58,364 nucleotides of DNA from Cercozoa sp. M6MM (taxonomy: Eukaryota > Protista > Endomyxa: Ascetosporea). The stretch lies in NCBI GenBank assembly GCA_040357565.1, contig JBDODJ010000070.1, one strand, 5' to 3'. Of the stretch, positions 21,804-36,500 are shown one piece after another. The notes beneath the pieces were generated by a model that was given only the letters and a program-made list of their open reading frames with translations, searched no databases and was not told the DNA's origin. Within the stretch, counting starts at the first letter, position 1. Each line of letters opens with the position of its first letter. The position numbers and the translations under genes are program-made.

Positions 21804-24800
21804 CTAGTTGGTATCAGAATCGTCCTCCAGGATGAATTCGGGCTGGGGCACGACAGTAACGCGACGTGACAACTCCTGAGGGCTTCCATTCGAACTGCTC
21901 GTGGCGTTGACAGCTACAGACACGCAAAGTGTTGCAACTACAGGCATCACGACACGCAAAGCGATACAATGATACCACTGAGACGAGTGATGTCGAGACG
22001 CGCACGCGCTTCGGTCTGTTCGAGCTCGTCTTCGACGCCGCGCATCCAGCGAAGCGAGCCGCTGATGACACACGTCACTTGCTGCGGCACAAACCAGGTC
22101 GATTCTTCTTCTTCTCAAACTAACGCTAAATACCGTGTCAACGTTGTCGTACTTGGCGAGGACGTCGTTAAAGTACTCGACGGTTGGCACTGAACTGTTT
22201 TAAAAACAAACTCACTTCCACAAAAGATGAGCGCAGCCGTAAGTACAGTGGTAATACATGTGTGCGTTGCGGTCTTGTGCATCGAAAAAGTGCATCGATA
22301 GATTCGCACTGCTCGAGAACACCGATTGCAGCGCCTTGGCTCTACAGATATGTTAATCTGCCAGACCGCACCAGGCATTCGAAGGGTGAGTACCGGCCAT
22401 CGCGAGCGCAGATAATGACAGTGGCTGTGACGTCGGACCGTCGTTGAATGTGATAAGCAATTTGTGTCATTGGGGCCACACCTAGCAGCAGCATTCCATG
22501 TGGGCAAGTCACATCAGACAAGCAACGAGAATACCTGTGCCAGTGCAGACGAGAAGTAACTGAACAGACTGTGTTTCGCCGCTGTACTCGGCACTGTTCT
22601 GTTGCAGAGTATCCCACACGCGTTGCATGCAGGGCCTACATTATCTTATACAACAACCTAATGTTAGCAAGAACGGCAACGCACTGTTCGATTGGTCCAC
22701 GCAACAAAACGACAGGAGCGATCGACGACGGCGTCGAGTTTTCTGTCAACACAGACATGAGTGCTCCCTCATAAATGACAGACCTCGAGAAAGGGTACGA
22801 CAAAGCACGTCGCCCACAGCCAGTGCATCCAGCGAACACGTCAACCGACCGCGTGGATAGGTTTTCACTACGTCAAAGCAATCCAGAGCATACTCGCATG
22901 CTCGAAAAAAGGAATACACAGCAATGCAACAACGCCATCGGGCCGATGCAGGTACGCCGACATGGCAGCACGGACCTGTCGCAAGAGGACCTTGCTTAAT
23001 AGCACAAAAGAAAAAAACGAATTATAAGATACAGCTTCAAGGACGCGTTGAACTTTCTTGACGGGCGGAAGTGCGCCCTACACAAAGCCTCGAATAGTTC
23101 TTCACTTGTATTATAACCAAGACAGTATACGCGACGCGACAGACTCTCCATTTCAATTGAGACGTCTTCTTCGCCTTCTTGCGCTTCTACAAGCGACCTT
23201 TGAGAACTGAAAACTGCGAGACAAAGATCAGTCTCACCATTGACTTGTTGAAGCAGCTCGAACGACACAAGCTCCAGCACATTCGGCGGCAACTGCGTAT
23301 ATCGTCGCACGACAGCAGCACCCGACTTGTCCGCACTACGAGAGATGCATCGTCCGCACGAACTCAGATCAAATTAGGAAAAGAGGGAACAAACCTGCGC
23401 ATCAGAAGAGTTCCACCCTTGAACGGAGCGGTCGAGAGGTCGGACGGAACCTGTGCGTCAATGGCAAAGTCGCGCCACATGTCTTTGTTGTCGCACTGCA
23501 GCAGCAACAGGTGGATCGGGAACTCGTCGTTTGGCACCATTTCCAACCTCGCCTACAGAAGTACATCAGCTACAGATTCCATTCCTATTCTCCATCGGTA
23601 GGCAGTACAATCAAACGCCAACGCGACCACATTAAATCGGAGAGTCCTGTTTCTACTTCCTTTCTGCACTCAATACATGAAACTCAGCGTACGACAGAGG
23701 ACAGACAGAACAAATGTACTCAGAGTCGCGCAGCAAGGCGACAGCAAAGGTACTCAACTTGCGAGCCGCATACACCGAGTGTGCGTGTCCCACGGTGCCT
23801 GTGCACATTAAAATGCAAGGACCGTCCCAGCAACACACACTCAAATAGTACCAAGACGGAAAGCATGCGAGCAGTCAGTGCCGATTCGTTCGCGTAGCAC
23901 GCGCGCACCACCCGGGTGGATATCTACATGGAAAAATGCAATACAGTGGCAGAATAAAAACCAATGACATACAAAAGACACACCAATAAAGCGTCCGACA
24001 TCGTAAACAATGTCATCGATCACGACTACATAAACTGACAGATACGACTAAGAGGAGGGACAGAGGGAAGCGTACCCAACGTCGCACCAGTATCGACAGC
24101 TGCCGTGATGTCGGCCCACGTCATGCTGTTCGAGAGCTACAAGAACCTCGAAAGAGTCTGTATTCTGAAGAGGAAGCGCATACGTTTTGGATGGCCAAAG
24201 CCGCCGTGCCTTGGAGTTGTTCCTCGCGCTTCAATGTTAAGTTTCCTGCCAAACAAAAACTAAGATTTAGGCCGCAAAGAGATGAAAACATTACCTTGAT
24301 ACAGACGCACTTCCAGCACAACAAAGAGCGTGCAAACAAAGGCTAGCCAGGTCCAGTACAGCGCCAGTCCGCCATCACGGAAGGATTCGTATGGGCCTAA
24401 AAGATGTCATTGTCTAAATACGCGGTTAAAGCAGGAAAACAAGAAAGCACCTCCCACAACGAGTATGCGGTCCACTCCAAGGTAGACTTGCACGTAGGCG
24501 ACAATGAACAAGGTTGTTCCCACCAGTCCATGCAGTCCGCGCAAGAGTTTCAATCCTTTCATGCGAGCATCTGCGTTGGTACTGCACACGGGGCTGAAAA
24601 AAGTGGGAGGTAAAGCACGCAAGTGTGATGTACCTGCGAAGCTGACTGCGAATCAGTGTGCCGAGAAGTGCTTGCGAGAACAACAAAACCGACAAACCGA
24701 GTCCTAGTTTCTACGCACAAGAATATCCACCACTCGAATCATGCTTCGTACAAACAAAACGAACCTTGTGATTGGAAGCAATGTGCACAGGTTTGCCAAA

Positions 24801-26352
24801 GTACGCCGATATCGCCAACGTTAGCGTACCAATCACTGGGTATTCACAACGCGTCTACAGCACATACACGAGCAACATGGCGAAAGTACCACCAGCTGAC
24901 ATGGCCTTTTGGTGGATCTCCATCCAATTGTTCTTGTGCTTGAAGAAACGTGCCTGCAAGCATCACAGTCGGCACTAAAAAGTCAGGGATGGCGCAACGT
25001 ACGCAAATGATGCCAGCTGGATAAACAATGGCCCACAATGCGCCCATGATCAGACCTACAGGTGGAAATATTATTGAGTATGTACAGGACCAAGTGGAAG
25101 TTAACCATGCGATGAGGACGACGACAGTTGCGGGAGTGTTCTCGCTACAAGTGTAGGTTGCAGCGACAACAGATAAAAGTAGACGAAAGGTCAAATCACA
25201 AGCATCGCCAGTTTCAAAATCAATAAGGTATTCGACGGCATTTCCGCGTCCGTGCTCCTACAAAAACGTCAATTCAGAGAGCGAATAGGCAACTGTAAAG
25301 GGAGACTGTACTTGAAGCGTCGATAGACCACGGAAGGCAGCAAAAGCAACACGCTGTGGACCACTTCGGATTGCGTTGTCGCAGCTATCGTCTTTCGCAC
25401 TCAACGGACGTCGAAACACAAGGCCTTTTTGGCTGTCGACACGCCAATACGACAGCACAGTCGCGTCATTCTAAGTTTACACACGAGTTCAAATAATTCA
25501 GCAGTATGTCCGATAGGTATCTACTGTCGTACTTCGCATCCCAGGTCGGCGTCAAGCTTGGGGTCGAAGTTACTACTCCAGCCTGGCACCAAACTTTGTT
25601 AGCAACCAATGCGCATATTAAAGCACGTTCGCTACCATCAGCGACCGCCGGGATGTCTTTTGCGAAATTAATTAGCGTAAAATCCCTAAAACAAACTCAA
25701 ACGAACTCCTGACTGTTGCTGAGAAGAAGCAGAATTTCACGGTACAGATCGCGCATTTCGTCACCGCCAACGCCAACAGCAAAGTAAACGAAATCGTCGC
25801 TGCTCACGGGAGGCGATGATGGCTGTGGATAGGGCGTGTTGTAGTCGTATTTGATCGTCGCTCTGTCTTCAGAGGCGCCGACAACACTGTAGCCGCTATA
25901 ATCGCTGGACGATGATCCTGCTGACACAAGCTTGCATTCCAGCTTTGCTGCTGACTAAGCGTATCTAAAATTTACCGTTTGATGGGGCATGTTCCACCAT
26001 AACGTCAAGCCACCATGGTCCTTGGCTCCCTTTGTCTGCTCGATATCAACTGACTGCCACTACTCTCAATACTAGACCCGGTAGATGAGGATACCCACAA
26101 TTCGCCAGCGGACCAAAATGTCGTCGAACGGTCGCAAGGAATGGTCGAACAAAATTTCCGCGCGGACTTCTGCACGGACAAACAGAAAAACAAACAAACT
26201 GATTTTTGCTAGCTAGCGGTCGAATTATGACCACACTAAAAAAATCAACAAGTCACTGAACGAACAGTACCTTCAGGCCATTCTGTTGCGTTTTTCTGTG
26301 CCGCCGCAGCAGTAAGTGCACATAATACTAGCAACCACATGGCAACGCGCAT
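21804..26352 (-). CDS. Signal peptide-DOMON-cytochrome b561-cytochrome b5-(FAD/NAD reductase-like) multidomain membrane oxidoreductase
   Basis: Signal peptide MRVAMWLLVLCALTAAAAQ. DOMON-like YFAVGVGGDEM and LVFRRPLSAKD. b561-like helices GLIMGALWAIVYPAGII and LRGLHGLVGTTLFIVAYVQVYLG. Cyt b5: IDDIVYDVGRFI|DIHPGGARVLRERIGTDCSHAF..GHAHS. C-terminal VLLRGP and CVISGSLRWMRGVE resemble a reductase module (weaker). Confidence 0.65.
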
Positions 26353-26583
26353 TAACACGCGAAAACAACTCCTTTCTGTCATATTAAACTTAATTTTTGG
26401 GGTGATCTGGCCGGCTGTTTTGGACGAGCTTGATGGGGCTGATGCTGTGTGTTGATCGGCGAGCTCTAGGCAAGCTGGCGTGTGTCTACGGGTTCCGTGA
26501 CGTTATATCTGCACTGTTTGAGGTGGCTGTAGGCGCCCACAGGCGTCAAAAACCGAGTCACACAGTACTCAAAACAGCCAGTA

Positions 26584-29500
26584 ATGCCTCCTCTGTTCGT
26601 GCCGCGTGTCTTGTCACCGTCCTCGGTGACATCCCGTGAACGTGATGCACTTCGCAATGCGTATCCTTCGTGCGGTCTCTCTTAAAATCAACAGATGCTG
26701 GATTGATGTCTGTCTGCAGGAGGGGACCACCACTGGTAGCAGTCGGCACAGGCAACACGACGCCGCTGCGTTCGCCCATGGTGGCTGGTCCACGTGGCCC
26801 GACTTCTACCTTTTCTTTCAGTGTCAATGACGTCAATGGTACTCGTCTAACCCTCCTAGTTTATTCATTTACCCCCCCCCCCCCCAGCACTCGAGCAACG
26901 CATTGCGGCACTCCTGGTGCGACGCGACGAGCACGCGCGGCAGTTGGCGTCGGCCGAGGCCGAGAATCTGGAGTTGCGTGGCCGGGTGCTGAGCGGCAAG
27001 GACGGCGAGGAACCGGCCGTGGCGCGCAATCAGCTGCTGGCCACCGGTCCGATGGGCCTGCCCTCGGTGCCAGCACTCGACACGGCCATGTTCCTGCTCG
27101 ACTCGAATGCGCAGACACGTGCGAAACTCTACGAACTCCTGCATCAGCGTCGCGAAATGGTGTGTTTAGTTTAGTTGAGTTGTTGAGTTGAGTTGCTTTT
27201 CGTTGAGTTGAGTTGAGTTGAGTTGAGTTGAGTTGAGTTAAGTTGAGTTGAGTTGAGTTGAGTTGAGTTGGGTTGAGTTGAGCTGAGTTGAGTTGAGTTG
27301 AGTTGAGTTGAATTGAGTTGAATTAAGTTGAGTTGAGTTGAGTTTTGAGTTGAGTTTTGAGTGAGTGACCTTTGAGCAGGTGATCACGCGGCAGTTGCTG
27401 CCGCCGACGCAGCGTGCGCGACTAGAAGCGCAGGCCGGCAACCAGAATGTGTTCACGCATCCCCTCCTGCAGGGCCTGGAGGAACCGTTCGCCAACTCGC
27501 GCGGCGCGCCAGCGGTATCTGCTTTGAGTTGAGTTGCTTTGAGTTGAGTTGCTTTGAGTTGAGTTGCTTTGCGTTGAGTTGCTTTGAGTTGAGTTGCTTT
27601 GCGTTGAGTTGCTTTGAGTTGAGTTGCTTGAGTTGCTCTGGGTTGAGTTGTTTTTAGTTGAGTTGCTTTGAGTTGAGCTACGTTGCTTTGCTGATTTGCA
27701 GAGCATGGCGAAAATGTGGAAGCAACATCCTTTCGATGACGCTGTCGACTCGGAAACGCTCAGTAAGCTTTTTTTAATTGCTTTTTTTTCGAGTTTTAAT
27801 CTTCTTGCAGGGCCGACTCGAGTGGGCCGCGTGGCTGCGTCGCTCCATGCTAACGAAGCGCTGTACCGCACGGCGATGCAGCAGAAGGACCGTGGTGACG
27901 ATGCCGACGCCGATGCGCATGACAACTTTGGCTTTCATCGCCAGCAGGTTGGTGAGTTGCTTTGCTTCAAGTTGAGTTGAGTTGAGTTGAGTTGAGTTGA
28001 GTTGAGTTGAGTTGAGTTTTGAGTTGATTGGGTCGCTTTTGTTTTGAGTCGCTTTGAATTGCTTTGAGTTGAGTTGAGTTTCTTTGAGTCACTTTGCTTG
28101 CGAATGTGCACGTGTGGGGACAGACTACATGTTCTTCGACGGCGAGGGCGCTGACTTTGGTATTGCCGACACGGACATTCGCGAGGAGCAAGACGGTGAG
28201 TCGGCGCAGAAGGCCCAAAAAGACGTCGTTGTTGACGGTGGGGACACTTTGTCTGATATCTTTTTTTTTCATCTCACGGATTTGCTACTTTTTAGGCATC
28301 ATTGTTGGCACCGATCGTCGCACTGGCAAGCCATATCTGAAAGGCATCACGCTGCGCAAACTCGTGGAACGCTGGTACTCGTTGTGCTTCCAGCTCAGCC
28401 CTTCTGGTTGATCACTTGGTCCCCAGTTCATCACCGCGCGATGATGTCGATGCCGCCCGAGTACGAGATCAAAATGTCGGCTTCCGTGATGTGCTCTTGA
28501 TGACCTTCAAGATGTACTGCTCGGCGCCTGAACTGCTCGGGTATGTCCGTTTTAGAGTTCTTTAAACCAATTAACATGCCAAAACAATTTAGTTTATTTT
28601 TTACTGTTCCAGGTTGTTGATCGAGCGGTTCGGCATGCCACCACCGCCGAATGCTACACACGCCGAATTGGACCTGTTTGAGCAACGGATTCGCCGGCCT
28701 GTGCAATTGCTGGTGTGCGCTGTCGTCAATCGCTGGCTTCGCGAGCACTGTACATTTTCCCTTTGATTTTTCGTTTTTGTCTTTTTGATATTCTAGCCCT
28801 GTGTACGGAAAATACATCTTGCAGGGCACGATTTTGGGGAGCAACCGGAATTGCTGCGCCGTTTGCGAACGGTACCTGTGTCTGAGTGAACTGGAACTGT
28901 TGAATAGTCTTGTTTGTCGCACAGTGGATTGAGGAGCTCAATGGCTCGAGTTCGCCATTGCAGCGACGTTTGGGCAAGCAACTCGAAGTGGCTGCACGGA
29001 GGTATTTCATCCTTTTGTTTTTCTTTTTTCGTATTTATACCAAGAGTTATGTGCTCGACAGCGAGGGCGGTTCCACGCTGCGTCGTGCTGCCGCCGCCAG
29101 GCACAGGTACTCTCTTTGCTTTTTGGAAAAGAACACTTTGGCTTCAGTGCATGTGCCTTACCTGGGTGCAGCAAGGCACCGCCCCGCACCTTGATTAACC
29201 CGGCGACGCCGCTGGCTTCGCTGCACATCACTCAGGTGGACGAAGTCGAGATGGCTCGTCAGCTCTCCTTGCGCGATCAGGTGAGTTTCGGCGGCATCCA
29301 GATGCGCGAGTTTGTCCGACAGGCTTGGGCCAAGGTAGCTACTTTTTCTTTTGTTATTTCTTGAGGAGGTATCATTGTGACTGTGTGTGTGCTAGGCTGA
29401 CAAGGCGAAGAAAGCGCCGAATATTACTGAATTTACGGTATCGTTGCACTCGAAAGCTGTGACCGAATGCTTTTACGTTTGTATGTTTTTTGCAGCTTCA

Positions 29501-30369
29501 ATTCAACCGCTGGGGCAACGCAGTGCGCAAGTCGCTTCTCTCCGAGTCCGATGTCAAGGTAGCCTTGCCTGTCTTTACTCATGTGTTCTTTTCTTAATTT
29601 GCGCACTCTGGCAGGAACGAGCCAAGGTGCTGCGCAAGTACATCGACGTTGGCTACGTACACTTTTTTGTTGTGTGGTGCTTGGAAACTACGCTTTGTTG
29701 TATTATTACAACGTGTGTGCAGCAACTGTACAAAATGCAAAACTTTGCCTCGTCTTTCGCCATCGTGGGCGCACTCAACGACGCGGCCGTGCAGCCGCGC
29801 CGACTTCGTTTGACGTATCTCCCAACTGTGTTTGCACTGTGATGGATTGACTGATGAGCTTTGGTTTAGTTGGGCCGAGTTGTCCAGTCGCACTCGCGCG
29901 CGTTTCGAGCAGCTCGAATCGCTTTTCTCGGCCAATAAGTCTCACGTAAAATCTCCTGTGTTCCTGTCCTTTGTTTCCTTGTTACCTGCTTCCTTGTCCA
30001 GGCCACGTTACGCGCAGCACAGGCCAGTGCGCTGCTGTCCAGCGAGCCATCGCTGCCGTTTGTTGGACTGTTCCTGAGCGATCTCACCTTTGCCTTCGAG
30101 GGCAATCCCGACTTTTTGCCGCGGCCCGAGTCGCAGGCCGACGAAGACTTGGACGACGAGGACTTGTCGGACGAGGAGACTGACGAAGGCGCCGATAACA
30201 CCGAGGCAGGCAACTCGGAAACGACGCAAACGACGCCTGCCGAATCGCAGCAGCCGCCGCAGCAGGAGGAAAAGTTTGTCAACTTTCACAAGTACTCCAT
30301 CGTGGCCTCCTGCATGGATCAGGTACAGCACGCGTCTTTCTGTTCCTTGCTTTGAAGTGTGCTCGACAC

Positions 30370-30431
<62 letters not shown>

Positions 30432-30666
30432 GGTCAAGAGGCACCAGCAGCGGCGATACAACTTCCAGCGCATCGACGTGTTGCACGACTTTATCGAGAG
30501 GTGCTTCTTCCTTTTGATGGGTGTGTCCTGGTGTGCATACCTGTCCTGTGCGCCTGGTTGTAGTCTGTGCGAGGCTGCCGATGGGTTGGACGGTGATGAC
30601 TTCTGGCATATGTCACAAAAGCTCGAGACCAAGGACATGCACCGCGAAGCTGGCCTACTGCAGTGA
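26584..30666 (+). CDS. RasGEF (REM + CDC25 domain) protein
   Basis: REM: YLKGITLRKLVER, LLIERF. CDC25: EMARQLSLRD, ERAKVLRKYI, MQNFASSFAIVGAL, LPFVGLFLSDLTFAFEGNPD, VNFHK. Confidence 0.9.
27165..28090 (+). repeat. (GAGTT)n-based microsatellite tracts in three RasGEF introns (~27165-27360, ~27520-27680, ~27950-28090)
   Basis: Seen directly. Confidence 0.9.
30371..30428. repeat. (CA)n microsatellite, intronic
   Basis: Seen directly. Confidence 0.95.
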
Positions 30667-31552
30667 TCTTACCCTCCGGCCCTCGGCCGACTTGCCCGCC
30701 TTGCACTTGACTTGGCTCACGTAACTGTTACAACGACCGTAACTTTCTGCTTCAGAGTGCGTCGCGTATGTTACGGCATAGCGTTTCTCAATCAAGTTGT
30801 CATCTGACGCGACTACCCGCCAGCGCGGACGATCAAATCTGAACCAGTCAGGTGGGCGGTGAAGGATTTTGTTCTAGGTGTCTCCTGCATTACATACTGA
30901 GGCTTCTACCTTGCATAGTCAAGTGTTGTGCCGACCTGACTTCCGAGCTTGGGTCAAGCTTGCTACAGCTCACGCACTTTGACTGCAGGAACCTCTTATC
31001 CAGCTTCCTTCTACTGGGCTTCGTCCCGTTGCACTTGATACGTTTTGCCGCGATAGTGCTTGGGCTGATGTAAGTTTACGGTAGTTGACTTCAATAAAAC
31101 CTTCAAACTTTCGATAACCCTTTCTAAAGGGTATGTTCTGCATTTTTATTCTCCCATTGCGTCAGTTCGCGCGATGCGGCGCGGCTGAGCGACTCGACTC
31201 GGCCTGGAGCGGAACCAGACCCCCTAATCACGTCACAGTCGATCAACAACTAGTCGCATCAGCAGCTTGTGCATGTAATATTATTTTTTGATCAGTTTGC
31301 TCGAGACAAGCGAATAATAATGCGTGTAGCGCGCATGTCGTTGTTTCTAAACACATTATAGTGGCTGAAATTAGCTTAAACCCAGTGTACGGCAGAAAAA
31401 GTCGAGTGATGTCATACCTGATGATCGGAACGGAAACGGGCACGCGCAGGCACGGTTTCCGATAGAACACGTCAGAGGGCCTTTGCATACCACACATCTT
31501 TTGTTTTGTTGTTTCGTTTCAAACACGAAGACACACCCACACACACGCTATA

Positions 31553-32764
<1,212 letters not shown>

Positions 32765-33295
32765 GTGCTGTGACAGCTGCGCCCGGGCCGGTCGCGTGCG
32801 ACCCGCCGTTAATTCGATTGTAGTCTACAGTTTGATTAATAATGTTTCTACCCCTAAAACCCAACATACATGTCTACTAATACATGTCTTTAGGCGAAAC
32901 GTCCTCTACAGAACTGGTAGGTAGGTAGCACATGTAGATAGTTAAATTTTACACGTCACGAACTGACCCAGATTCTACGGTCTCCGCGGAGACCTAGGCC
33001 GACCAAGTGGTCTCCTGTCATTGAAGCAAAAAAGAAAGAAGAGTTAGGAGTTTGTGTCTCTGTGGTACTGCTGCCTATAGATCTATGACTGGGCCTATCT
33101 GTAGATTGAGCCGCCAGTTGGCAAAAGAGAAAACCCCCATCTTATCCCCATATTGATTAGGCACGTTGGTTGGTAACTCTACAGTCTGTACTCATATCGG
33201 CCTCTACAAGTAAGCATTGGCTGTAGAGAGGAGGGCTTTTTTCTGGCGAGATATCGACGATTCTGTCAGTTGGGGTGATTCTTCACTTCGTCTAC

Positions 33296-33385
33296 CGGCA
33301 GACATGGCCATGCTCTAGTGGCCCACCCCAGACTGGTGCAGGGGAACTACAGAGTTGGTTTCCTACTAGACTCAACTAACTAACT
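33296..33385 (+). mobile_element. Short dispersed repeat (possible SINE/LINE 3' end), copy 2
   Basis: CGGCAGACATGGCCATGCTC..CACCCCAGACTGGTGCAGGGGAACT..AGTTGGTTTCCTA..AGACTCAACTAACTAAC matches 21553-21649. Confidence 0.6.
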
Positions 33386-33500
33386 GTCGTGGTCATCCAC
33401 TCCCGAACGCATCGCAGATTCAGTTCATCGTCCAGTGGCCGTTCACTCGCGACTGTCGTATGTGACGCCAGCGTAGGTGTGCATGTGAGCGACAGCAGTC

Positions 33501-36500
33501 TCAATTAGACGAGGCTTGGCTTCGAAGGCTTGCGAGATTTGGAGCGCGCCTCTGTTGCCACAGGAGACGAGAGCTGCAGGTAGAAAGCAAAAGAAATGGT
33601 TGCAAAGAAAAAACGGTACTCGTTGACGAAGATGATTCGCGCGAAAGCAACGTATTCGGGAAGGATGTCCTTTCCCGTGAGTGTCACTTCAATTTGTTTC
33701 TCTTCAAAGTCGCCACTCTCATCCGCACTCTCTTGCCTCACAGTGTGCTCAATTGTGCGCGTGTTGCCGCTCCTGGAGCACACCAACGGGATACATTCTG
33801 GGAGCATCAGTCCGGGGATGCATTCATTTACCTGCGTCGAATGCAGTCGCTGCGCAAGGCACTGTTGCGCGCCAAATATGCAACTTGTCGCGTGTTCTTT
33901 TTTCGTGTGAACAGCAACCTGTGTGCACTCAGAGCATGACACACAAGCAGAGCGAAAACACAGCGAATGTACTCAAACTCGTCGTTTTTGTGAGAGTTCT
34001 TTCGATCAAAACGCTTGGCGACGTTGCAGATGAAGCCGACAAGCAGAGCAGACGCCACGGCCTAACGTTGAACAAGATAGACAGAGACACAAAGCATTGA
34101 CAAAGAGTTACATCAGTCGCCGCGGAGCCATGGATGCCCATGGAGTTTGACCGCCCAAGTTTCAGTCGGTTGCAGAAGATTTCTAGAATTAACGCAGTCA
34201 GCATGTAGTATAAATGCACAAAGAACAGAAAGCAGACAGTACTGTTGAGTTGTTCTCGAATGTGGGCAGCTTCGCAAAGAGCCTAAACAGAACACAGTCG
34301 ATGTGACACAAACAACTCAGTTGCACGAGGAGAACGGCACAATGTGCGAAAGCGAGTTTCGGTTTGCGAATTCTTTTGCTCCCGCCTCACCAGCTTCGTT
34401 AGAAATCGAAAGCCACCTCTACAACAAGCACCAATTCGTATACCTGCAGATCATACTTGCAGATTGATACCTCGAAAACACGCAGCAAACGGAACACATC
34501 GCCGCCACCAGTGCCATCGCAAAACTCTTCGTGAAGCAGGCGTGCCTCCTGCACAGTTGAAAACAGTACAAATACACAAAGGACAAGAAGTGACTGGTTT
34601 CAACCTGTCGACGCGCAAAAGAGGGCGCTTCCAGCACTCTTCGCTTCGTACTTAGCAAGGCTGCGATCGACAAAACCTCACTCGAGCAAATGTTGTCTTC
34701 TAAGTTTTATATTGAGGGTAATTCAACATGACAGCCAGGAAATCAGAGACAACGTACGCGCAGTGAAGGAATACTCAAGCGCGGTCGCCAACTCGAGCGG
34801 CAACGGCACACGAGCCACGCGCATTCCCTGCAGTTAGTACAACATAAACACATAAACTCAGAGTAAAGCGGTAGTTGGGTACCCTTTGGGTCAGTTTGAA
34901 GCCTACGCGCTGACCCGAACGGGTTTGTTCAGCGGCTTCAACATCAGTGTTGTCATCGAACTTGATCAGGCCCAGTCGGTTCAGTTTCTTGAGTGCATGT
35001 TCTATGCCGAGCTCACTATTTTCCAATCTGGTCGAGAAGCAAATAAAAGTACCAAACGCATCTTTCGAGGGCAGCGTGAACCACGGGAAATCGCGAATCG
35101 GGTCCTTGTAGCTACCAGAACAAACAGAAAACATGAGAAGACAGCAGTAAAAAGGGAAGTATACCGCAGATGACGCACGCGAAGCAGTTGCAGCGAGATG
35201 TCATCGCACGCGAAAGCAGGGGGAGTTTGCTTGGACATTTCTGATTTGAGCAACACAAACGATGTACTGCAGGTACTATCACACGTGTAAATAAACTCGA
35301 CAGGGTCCAAATGAGCTACCCTCATGATACGACTTTCGCGTGTACAACGGCACATAAACACCTGTCGACACACGCGCGGTGCGGCCTCTTCACATTGCAA
35401 ACACCACCCGTTGCACGAAAACAATGAAAACACAGATTACAATTGACGAATCAAAGTACCTGCGCTGGTCGGCAGATGCACGCGAGATCGGCCCAGTCTG
35501 CAAAGCAGCGATGCCGGCATCAAAGCAAAAACTTGAGCGTTTTGACAGTCCGGCATCGACCACAAATCGCACATTCGGGACCTACATATGACACGTTTTT
35601 TTATTTCTAAGATCAAAAGCAATGAAAGCCCTATTACCGTGAGACTCGTCTCGGCAACGTTAGTGCTGATGATGATACGACGGACAAAAGGTGCGTCCTT
35701 GTCCTGTGTGAATTGATGTCTACACTCATGTACGTGAAAGGTGGAAAGTACTTGCGGCGACGTGATTCGTTCGTGCTCTTCGACAGTTTGCTGCGCGTGA
35801 AACGGCAGCACCTGTGCAAAAACAAACAATATGAACAACTGTGATACAGTACAAAAATGTCCGACCTCTGCATGCTCACATCTGATGTCCTCCAGCATAC
35901 GGCGCAGCAGGGAGACGCACAATGCGATGTCGGCCTTGCCAGTGAGAAAGACGAGGATGTTGCCGCGCGTGTCTTCCGCACTGTAGTGTCTGCACACCAA
36001 AGTGTCACCTTGCACTAAATCACGACTCCCAGGACAACACAACGTGCAATACCGATGCAGCATCAAAGCAGCGAAAGTGGCGCGTGCTACATAGTGCGTT
36101 TTCATGTGCTGTCTCTGAGAACAGAGAGAGAAGTATCTAATGAAGCGAGAGCGTGTGCATTGGCAGTTACGTTTACCTGCAGCCAATCGGCCAACTCCCA
36201 GTGCTCATGCACATTGTACCGTCGCTGAACTACACATCACGCGTGCCAAACGCTGGCGAAACAATAACCAAAGCCTACGAGACATAAGCGACAACGAGTC
36301 CACGGAGATCTCTGGTGCATTCAGCTTCAAAAACCTCGTGATTTCTTTGCCGTTCAGTGTGGCCGACTGTTGAAAAGCAATGTCAGAGGAACTGAGAAGA
36401 ATTGAGATTTGGGGTACCATAAGAACAACGCGTAGTTCCGGGCGTCTTGCCATGACCCTTAAAAGGTTGCCTGCATGCCCACAGTACACAGCACTCAAGC

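Noticed and set aside
33880-33942. Possible zinc finger (CSEC...H...C) at the helicase C-terminus
   Set aside because: The CSEC codons fall in an intron, and the exon reads better in another frame (LLFTRKKNTRQVAYLARNSAL).
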